This document shows positions 57,876-64,000 of a stretch of 64,000 nucleotides of DNA, piece by piece. Made by a program: the position numbers and the translations under genes. The stretch spans positions 1 through 64,000 of IMG/VR virus record IMGVR_UViG_2884366220_000001. One strand, written 5' to 3'. The DNA is from a virus (taxonomy: Duplodnaviria; Caudoviricetes). The notes below the pieces were generated by a model. That model was not told the origin of the DNA. It saw nothing but the letters and a program-made list of their open reading frames with translations, and made no database searches. Position 1 is the first letter of the stretch; each line of letters opens with the position of its first letter.

Positions 57876-58012
57876 GGTTCAAAAAGGTATACTTTCTGAT
57901 GCCCCCGGCTCACCGGGGGCAGACGCTATCGAAAGTGCCAGTTTGAATGGTCCAAAAAGTTAGGTCAGAAAGTTTTTGCTGATTATCTTTATGAACCTAC
58001 CTAAATGAACCT
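57876..58012. promoter_or_regulatory. Putative res site / resolvase operator
   Basis: GGTTCAAAAAG, GGTCCAAAAAG, GGTCAGAAAG and inverted TGAACC half-sites upstream of the recombinase. Confidence 0.5.
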
Positions 58013-58017
58013 ATTCA

Positions 58018-58581
58018 ATGCTTTTTGGCTACGCGCGGGTATCGAGTGCGGATCAGAACCTCGATGTACAAATTGACACGCTGACCAGAGCGGGATGTGA
58101 CCAGATCTTTCAGGAAAAGATCAGTGGGGTCGTCATTGACCGGCCCCAGCTTGGCAAGCTACGCGCAGTGCTGCGGCCGGGTGATACAGTCGTCGTTACC
58201 CACCTCGATAGGCTGGGTCGTGATGCGATGCACATGATGCAACTAGTCAGCGACTGGGCCAAGCAGGGCATTCAGTTTCGTTCGCTGGATCTGGGTATTG
58301 ACACAAAGACACTTAGCGGAAACCTAGTATTGCAAGTATTCGCGGTACTGGCTGAGTACAACCGGAATCTCATCAAGGAAAAGCAGCGAGCTGGCCAAGT
58401 ACTAGCTAAAGAGCAGGGTAAGCACATGGGACGCCCGCCTGGTGTTGATGAAGAAAACTATCAAAAAGTAAAAATGGCTTACCAGAAGAAATTATCTATA
58501 AACGAGACTGTTGCCTTAACTGGAGTCAGTCTGTCGAGCGTAAAGCGTTATAGGAAAATAATCGAATCAGGAGAAGTTTGA
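58018..58581 (+). CDS. Small serine recombinase (resolvase/invertase)
   Basis: GYARVSS, LDRLGR, GRPP and C-terminal HTH. Confidence 0.93.
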   Translation: MLFGYARVSSADQNLDVQIDTLTRAGCDQIFQEKISGVVIDRPQLGKLRAVLRPGDTVVVTHLDRLGRDAMHMMQLVSDWAKQGIQFRSLDLGIDTKTLSGNLVLQVFAVLAEYNRNLIKEKQRAGQVLAKEQGKHMGRPPGVDEENYQKVKMAYQKKLSINETVALTGVSLSSVKRYRKIIESGEV

Positions 58582-58652
58582 CTATATAAACAGTACTAGT
58601 TGTTTTAGTGAATTTCAATCGATTTTATAATACTTCAGCTAAGTAAATAATC

Positions 58653-60338
58653 ATGAAAGTTTCTGTAACTGATCCTTCTAAAGCCTTTCAGCATCACATT
58701 GATAATCCAGAAAATCAACATATTCTTTTTTCAGGTGCTTTTGGCTTTGGGAAATCATATTTTCTAAACGATTTCTTTAGCCGTAATGAGGACAGCTATT
58801 CTGCTTTCTTTATATCACCAGTCAAATATGCAGTAGGGTATAATGAAGATATATTTGACTATATAAAAATAGATGTTGCTTCCGCTTTAATAGCAAGTGG
58901 AAAACTGCCGATAAACGTTCCTAAACACTTTTCAGAAAGCGAATACTTGAGTTTCTTTATTCGGGAAAATGCAAGCGAAATTTTAAATATTTTATACGAA
59001 TCTTTAAAGGATGATAAAGCTGAGAAGATAAAAAAAATTATAGATTCCGTGTCAAAGGTTTTAGATTTCAAAGAGAAATACAACAAGTGGAAAGATACAA
59101 TACGAAAAGCTGATAAAAATTTGATTGACAGCCTGAGTGATGTAAGCAAGCAATACCTTGTTCGTAAGGGATCTATTTATGAGGATGATATACTAACACA
59201 ATTGATCAGGGGTTCTGTAGAAAAAATTAGGAACGAAACTTCTACAAAAACTGTGTTAGTTATTGACGATTTCGATAGGCTAGATCCTGAACACATATTT
59301 CGTATTCTTAATATATTTAGTGTTCATAATAATTATTATGATCAAGAAAATAAATTTGGATTTGATAGAATTATAATTGTGTGCAGTCTGCTGAACATAC
59401 AGAGAATATACGAATATAAATATGGAACAGAGGTTGATTTTAATGGGTACATTGAGAAATTTTATTCAACAGACGTATTTTATTTTCATAACCAGAAAGC
59501 TATATCTGAATTCTGTTCAAGCGAGTTCAGTGCAGACCTAGACGAATATTCTCAGTATTTATTGAGTTATGTTCTCTCCTATTTTGTTGAAAAGGATATA
59601 ATTTCTATTCGTAGTATTATAAAGCATTCTAGGACGTTTTTCTTTACGCCCTTCACCCAAAAATTTGTATTAAATGAAAATTTTAGTGAAGTTAAGAATG
59701 AACAAACAACGTTAGTTCCTCCTGTTGATCATAGGTATGGATATACAGAACATTGGCATGAAAAAGTGTGGAGCGAAGATTTTATTGCCCCTTATAGAGC
59801 AGAGATAAGCACATTTTCTGTCTCCAGCGACGATTTGCCCATTCTTAAAATTTTGAAGATTCTGGTTACAATTTTCGGGGATTATAATAATTTGCTTGAG
59901 GTTGTATCCAGAAACAGAGAGGATAAGTCATTGATACATTTTGATAAAACTATTATATTAATAAAGTCTCTGGCAATATCATGGTATGTCTTTCAAAATT
60001 TTAGTATACCGGAAAATATTATTATTGAAAAGAGACCATTTCCTTATAGTAGAAACGGCAATCGCACATATCAAAGATTCGGTAAGCCAGTTATTAATTT
60101 TAATGGAATGTTTGAAACGAAAATTCCATTAAAATGGGATCAGACAAATCAATATGATGGTGAGGCAAGTCTTTTTCAAGGAATTGACTACGATAACTGG
60201 GAGATAGTTTATCCTATCAGAGATCCGCAGTCATTTACCACTGGAACATTAATGGATATGATGAGAGACACCTTATTGCAAATTGAGAGGTGTGGACAAC
60301 TTCCTTTATTAGGAATAACTAAAAATAGAAAACTCTAG
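58653..60338 (+). CDS. KAP-family P-loop NTPase with unknown C-terminal domain
   Basis: SGAFGFGKS Walker A; VLVIDDFDRLDP Walker B; GYIEKF; very AT-rich. Confidence 0.8.
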   Translation: MKVSVTDPSKAFQHHIDNPENQHILFSGAFGFGKSYFLNDFFSRNEDSYSAFFISPVKYAVGYNEDIFDYIKIDVASALIASGKLPINVPKHFSESEYLSFFIRENASEILNILYESLKDDKAEKIKKIIDSVSKVLDFKEKYNKWKDTIRKADKNLIDSLSDVSKQYLVRKGSIYEDDILTQLIRGSVEKIRNETSTKTVLVIDDFDRLDPEHIFRILNIFSVHNNYYDQENKFGFDRIIIVCSLLNIQRIYEYKYGTEVDFNGYIEKFYSTDVFYFHNQKAISEFCSSEFSADLDEYSQYLLSYVLSYFVEKDIISIRSIIKHSRTFFFTPFTQKFVLNENFSEVKNEQTTLVPPVDHRYGYTEHWHEKVWSEDFIAPYRAEISTFSVSSDDLPILKILKILVTIFGDYNNLLEVVSRNREDKSLIHFDKTIILIKSLAISWYVFQNFSIPENIIIEKRPFPYSRNGNRTYQRFGKPVINFNGMFETKIPLKWDQTNQYDGEASLFQGIDYDNWEIVYPIRDPQSFTTGTLMDMMRDTLLQIERCGQLPLLGITKNRKL

Positions 60339-61615
60339 AACCGAGGAAATCTATGAATCTTGTCATCGTTGACCATACGAACCCCAAGGTCACGTAGATA
60401 CTCGATGGTTTGCTTGATGTCGGTGTGCCTAGCCTGCTGCCGGATTAGTTCTATATCCTTCGTAGCATTCCATAGTGCAATGGCCCCGGTATGTTTCCAG
60501 GAATACATATCGTGGCCTGAACCAACCATACCGAGCTTTTCAATTACCTGCTGATGCCGGCGGTAGAAGAATTTGGGACCAACGCAGACCGGCCCCGGCT
60601 CGCCTGAAGTGGTGAACACATAGTAGTGACCTGGATACTCGCGGATGCGCTGCTGCTGAATCAGTTCTTCGAGGGGTAGGGGAATGTTAACAAAGCCGCC
60701 GTCGTTGGTTTTGGCTGATTCACCCGTCACGTAGATCATGTGCGTTCGCACGTCGCGCACCCGCAGGAGCCGCAACTCCTCGTGGGGCCGCATGAGCGTA
60801 TAGTACAGCCACCGGTTGAAAGTTAGCAAGTAGTCCAGTCCCAGGTCTTCGCATACCTGCCGGTACTCAGCTTGTTGCCGTTCGGAATACGCCTGGTGCT
60901 TATTGCTGACCTGCGGCAGCTTCTTGATGCTTTTATCCTCGAAGGGATTCCCCGCTTTGCCCAGCTTCTTGGAGCGGTCCAGCCCGATCCAGTGATTAAA
61001 GAAGGTTCCTATGTAGCCTTTGCGGTTATTGCGTGAACGGTTGTTGACGCCCACCACCGTAATCAACTCGTGCAAAAACTCGATAGCGCCGGCCGAACTG
61101 AACTGCGCCAGCGTCGCCTGGGGCCGGTGGTGCCGCTCCAAATAGGCTAGCAGATCCATTACGGCCGTGCGGTAGGATTTGAATGTGTTCCTGGCGTGTA
61201 CTTTCTTACAGTACGCCAGGTATTCAGGGACAGCCTTCTCTATGGGGATCGAACCGGCATCGTTCAGATTAAGAACGGGCGGCTCGGGGCGGGGGCGGGC
61301 CGTTTGTTTTGGCTTGGTACCGACGTAGGCTTTTCCCCCTTTCAGGTAGTTGGTCAGTTCCGCGATGATATCCGTCGCAACCCGGTGCCGCTCGGCGACC
61401 GAGTAGCCCGTTACGATCACCCGCTTTCGGACCAGCTTGTTTTTATCGAACGAAAAGACCGAGTAGGTTACGCACCACTGACCGGTCAGGTTCTCGTCGG
61501 CGGGCCTGCTCAGATAGGGAAGCTTGTAGGGGTAATTGCCAGGCTCTAAATCGGTATTCACGGTTTTGTCCAACTTATTTTGCCACGGATTTGCCACGGC
61601 GTCGATTTTTGCCAC
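60335..61615 (-). CDS. int: Prophage tyrosine integrase (true start possibly GTG 61561)
   Basis: TLMRPHEE (R), AKT (K), YSWKHT, ARHTD and IEYL catalytic pattern. Confidence 0.88.
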   Translation of the reverse strand: MAKIDAVANPWQNKLDKTVNTDLEPGNYPYKLPYLSRPADENLTGQWCVTYSVFSFDKNKLVRKRVIVTGYSVAERHRVATDIIAELTNYLKGGKAYVGTKPKQTARPRPEPPVLNLNDAGSIPIEKAVPEYLAYCKKVHARNTFKSYRTAVMDLLAYLERHHRPQATLAQFSSAGAIEFLHELITVVGVNNRSRNNRKGYIGTFFNHWIGLDRSKKLGKAGNPFEDKSIKKLPQVSNKHQAYSERQQAEYRQVCEDLGLDYLLTFNRWLYYTLMRPHEELRLLRVRDVRTHMIYVTGESAKTNDGGFVNIPLPLEELIQQQRIREYPGHYYVFTTSGEPGPVCVGPKFFYRRHQQVIEKLGMVGSGHDMYSWKHTGAIALWNATKDIELIRQQARHTDIKQTIEYLRDLGVRMVNDDKIHRFPRF

Positions 61616-61664
61616 AAAAAAGCCTGTAAATCATTGATCTACAGGCTTTTAATCGGTGGAGACG
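61579..61664 (-). other. Putative att junction: tmRNA/tRNA-Ala-like 3' fragment, terminator and three arm-type repeats
   Basis: Minus strand CGTCTCCACC (61664-61655); hairpin 61618-61650; TTTGCCAC at 61579, 61590, 61608. Confidence 0.55.
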
Positions 61665-61859
61665 GAGACACAAAGGAGATATATTGTAAGTCATTGACTT
61701 ACAGCCTTATAAATGCCATATTAAGCGTTCTGTACCCTTGTGGGTTTACCCTGTACTGTTAAGCTACTCCCAGGAACGTATTGTATTGATCCTAATAGCT
61801 TTTCTTATATGTACCCTTATTGAATAAAGTGACCTAACGCGTAACCCCGTAACCCGTCT

Positions 61860-62462
61860 TTAATGCGGTATAGCTCCAAGTTTCCTATTATAGTGCTTTA
61901 AAAAGAGCTTTGCTTCTCTAGTAGTTGTATCTATAATATCTCTCTGAAATAAGTCTCGGAAAACATAATATAACGCTGAGTGATTGGCATAAAGAATATC
62001 ATAGACCTGCATTAATTCGCTGTTAGTAAATGTTCTGTAAAACATTATATATATTTCATTCTCATCTTCAATGTGTTCTGTGCCTATCCCGGCATTCTCC
62101 CCGATATTATTAATAGTGTCAATAAAAGTGCTGTAAGTTAAAGCAAGCTTACGCTTCAGAGTTTCTATATATTCTTGAGCAATAAGAACGGTCGGTGTAG
62201 GGTCTTGAGTTTTCTCTCCTAAGTCGCCGTTACTAGTTTCTTTCGGGTTCTCATTGCTTTGTATCCCCCCCCAAGTAATCAGCTCAACAACTGAAACGCG
62301 TAAGGCCTTAGATATTCTCTCTAAGTTATTGAATGTCAATTGATTGCCTCGGTTTTCAAGTCGTGGGTAATTAGTTGCTTCTATACCCAGCTCCTTGGCC
62401 ATCATTGTAGGCGTGATACCTCTCGCCTTACGTATAGCTTTGATGTTGCTAGCAATGTCCAT
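61860..62462 (-). CDS. XRE-family HTH repressor
   Basis: IKAIRKARGITPTMMAKELGIEATNYPRLEN. Confidence 0.85.
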   Translation of the reverse strand: MDIASNIKAIRKARGITPTMMAKELGIEATNYPRLENRGNQLTFNNLERISKALRVSVVELITWGGIQSNENPKETSNGDLGEKTQDPTPTVLIAQEYIETLKRKLALTYSTFIDTINNIGENAGIGTEHIEDENEIYIMFYRTFTNSELMQVYDILYANHSALYYVFRDLFQRDIIDTTTREAKLFLKHYNRKLGAIPH

Positions 62463-62588
62463 AATCACTATTAGATAGCGCAATACTCATCATTAGTGGT
62501 AAAATAATCATAATCGAACTTGCATAATCAAGAATCAATAGTCGATATTTGAGAGTCGTTTAATGACTACAATAATCATATATTGACT

Positions 62589-62804
62589 ATGAAGGCAGTT
62601 TCGATCCCTCCAGTAGCGAAAGCCATACAGCTCTACGAACAGCGAACAGGCTTTAAAATCAAGATTGACAAAGATTTCTACCAGAAGGTAGATATAAACT
62701 CAAAACGCTTCGGCTTGCTGCTCAAAGGGCGTTTGGAACCAAGCTTCGACGAAGTAAAGCGCGTCGTAACTGCCCTGAATATTTCCGTAATCGACTTGCT
62801 ATAA
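62589..62804 (+). CDS. Cro-like small HTH protein
   Basis: Divergent from the repressor; LKGRLEPSFDEVKRVVTALNISVIDLL. Confidence 0.7.
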   Translation: MKAVSIPPVAKAIQLYEQRTGFKIKIDKDFYQKVDINSKRFGLLLKGRLEPSFDEVKRVVTALNISVIDLL

Positions 62805-62879
62805 AAGCAGAAAGCCCTACCGCATCGAGGCCGTAGGGCTTTACCATTTACGTTTTAATTACCTCAAAGTTAACGGTTT

Positions 62880-64000
62880 ATGTTTAAATTACCTGCTTAT
62901 CGAAAAGCACAAGATGCTGCCGAAAGGGGGCACAAGTTCAAAGCGCCCACCTGTAATGTTGTATTTATCATGCGTAGCAACTCGGATGCTATATACATTC
63001 GAGTGTCTGTCAACGGTGTTCGATCTACCAACAAATCAACCGGCATAAAAGCCGCTCGTGAGGATTTTGACACGAAAACCCGCACCATTCTGAATGACCC
63101 TACCAATACGGTTCGGCTTCGGAAAATGGAGAGTGCGGTGTATGAGGTGTTCAAAGATCGGGAGATAACCGGGCGCTCATTAGAACCTAACCTGATACGA
63201 GATATTGCTTTCGGGCTGCGTGGCCACGATGAACAAGAGCCAACCGTTATTGAGGCTATCAGCCTCTATCAGCAATGGCATGAACAGCGCTTTGGTAGCA
63301 ATGACGTATCCATCGGTACGATTCGACGCTACAGGACGTACAAGACGCTGCTCACTACGTTCTTTACCCTTACACCTGGCTACGGGAAAGACACCCGATT
63401 TAATCAGCTCAAACCGGCTCTACAGTTCCACTTAGTTGATACCTATCTCAAAGCCCAAAAGAAGTACTGCCATAACTACGCCTTAAAGATCTTCCAGTTT
63501 TTCCGGGGCCTGGTGGAGTACGCAATAGCTCACGAGTGGGCGGATCGGAACCCGCTACGGCATGCTCGTATTCGAAAGTATGTCAAAGCGCCGGTTACGC
63601 TGTCGATGGAAGATCTGGCCAAGCTCAAGGCATTCGAGTTCGTAGAACCCCATGCTAACCAGGTGCGGGATGTGTTCTTACTGTGCTGTTATACTGGCCT
63701 GGCTTACAGTGATGTAGCAGAGCTAAGTAGTGCTGATCTAGCCAATATCAACGATGTGGCTTGCATCCTGAAAAATCGCACTAAATCGGGCGTACAAGCC
63801 TTTGTACCTCTTTTCCCCGACGCCCGCGAAATACTCGACAAATACCGCTTTCACGAAGGATGCCGGATGAGTGGAAAGCTAGTACCTGTCTTGTCCAATC
63901 CCAAGATGAACAAGTGGCTTAAAATCATTGGCAATACGGTCGGCATCAAGGAAAGTCTACATACCCACTTAGCCCGTAAAACCTTCACCATGTATTCCGA
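62880..64000 (+). CDS. int: Bacteroidota-type tyrosine integrase (truncated by window end; absent from ORF track)
   Basis: Translated by hand: IYIRVSVNG...STGIK arm-binding domain, FLLCCYTGLAYSD, RTKSG, SNPKMNKWLK and HLARKTF. Confidence 0.9.
   Translation, partial: MFKLPAYRKAQDAAERGHKFKAPTCNVVFIMRSNSDAIYIRVSVNGVRSTNKSTGIKAAREDFDTKTRTILNDPTNTVRLRKMESAVYEVFKDREITGRSLEPNLIRDIAFGLRGHDEQEPTVIEAISLYQQWHEQRFGSNDVSIGTIRRYRTYKTLLTTFFTLTPGYGKDTRFNQLKPALQFHLVDTYLKAQKKYCHNYALKIFQFFRGLVEYAIAHEWADRNPLRHARIRKYVKAPVTLSMEDLAKLKAFEFVEPHANQVRDVFLLCCYTGLAYSDVAELSSADLANINDVACILKNRTKSGVQAFVPLFPDAREILDKYRFHEGCRMSGKLVPVLSNPKMNKWLKIIGNTVGIKESLHTHLARKTFTMYS

Larger units (their letters stand above)
1..61664. mobile_element. 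Prophage (temperate, tailed, siphovirus-like); left end outside window
   Basis: Contiguous replication, capsid, terminase, portal, endolysin, tail and tape-measure genes, ending at a tyrosine integrase and an att-like fragment near 61655-61664. Confidence 0.92.
61665..64000. mobile_element. Second integrative element (partial)
   Basis: Lower GC, divergent XRE/Cro pair, second integrase. Confidence 0.7.

Noticed and set aside
62897-63435. Minus-strand ORFs in the supplied track
   Set aside because: Antisense to the open integrase frame that runs off the window

Overview
Most of the window (1 to ~61.66 kb) is a temperate, siphovirus-like prophage whose left end lies outside the window. The host is Bacteroidota, probably Cytophagales/Spirosoma-like, inferred from gene style, TAnnTTTG-type promoters and Q-rule signal peptides. 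Gene order: early/replication genes (split DnaG zinc finger plus a primase-helicase-SSB fusion, HNH, iteron-rich origin); head genes (S49 protease/scaffold, major capsid); tail-tube-like and packaging genes (PLD-like protein, terminase); an ArdC/RadC cassette; portal; lysis genes; tail and appendage genes; tape measure; accessory cargo (two PAS histidine kinases, an atypical response regulator, KilA-N, a resolvase, a KAP NTPase); and a tyrosine integrase next to a tmRNA/tRNA-Ala-like 3' fragment. A second integrative element (XRE/Cro pair, integrase) starts at ~61.7 kb and runs off the window. Main unexplained signals: (1) a six-copy motif GTCATCACGCCYGTCACG with exactly 21 bp to a -7-like box and, in four copies, ATG 4 bp later, suggesting an activator-driven, leaderless late regulon; (2) a repeat-flanked cassette of four tail-appendage-like genes that all carry Sec signal peptides; (3) the primase-helicase-SSB fusion with an inverted iteron origin and a distant second iteron cluster. 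All product calls come from motif recognition by eye; no database searches were run.
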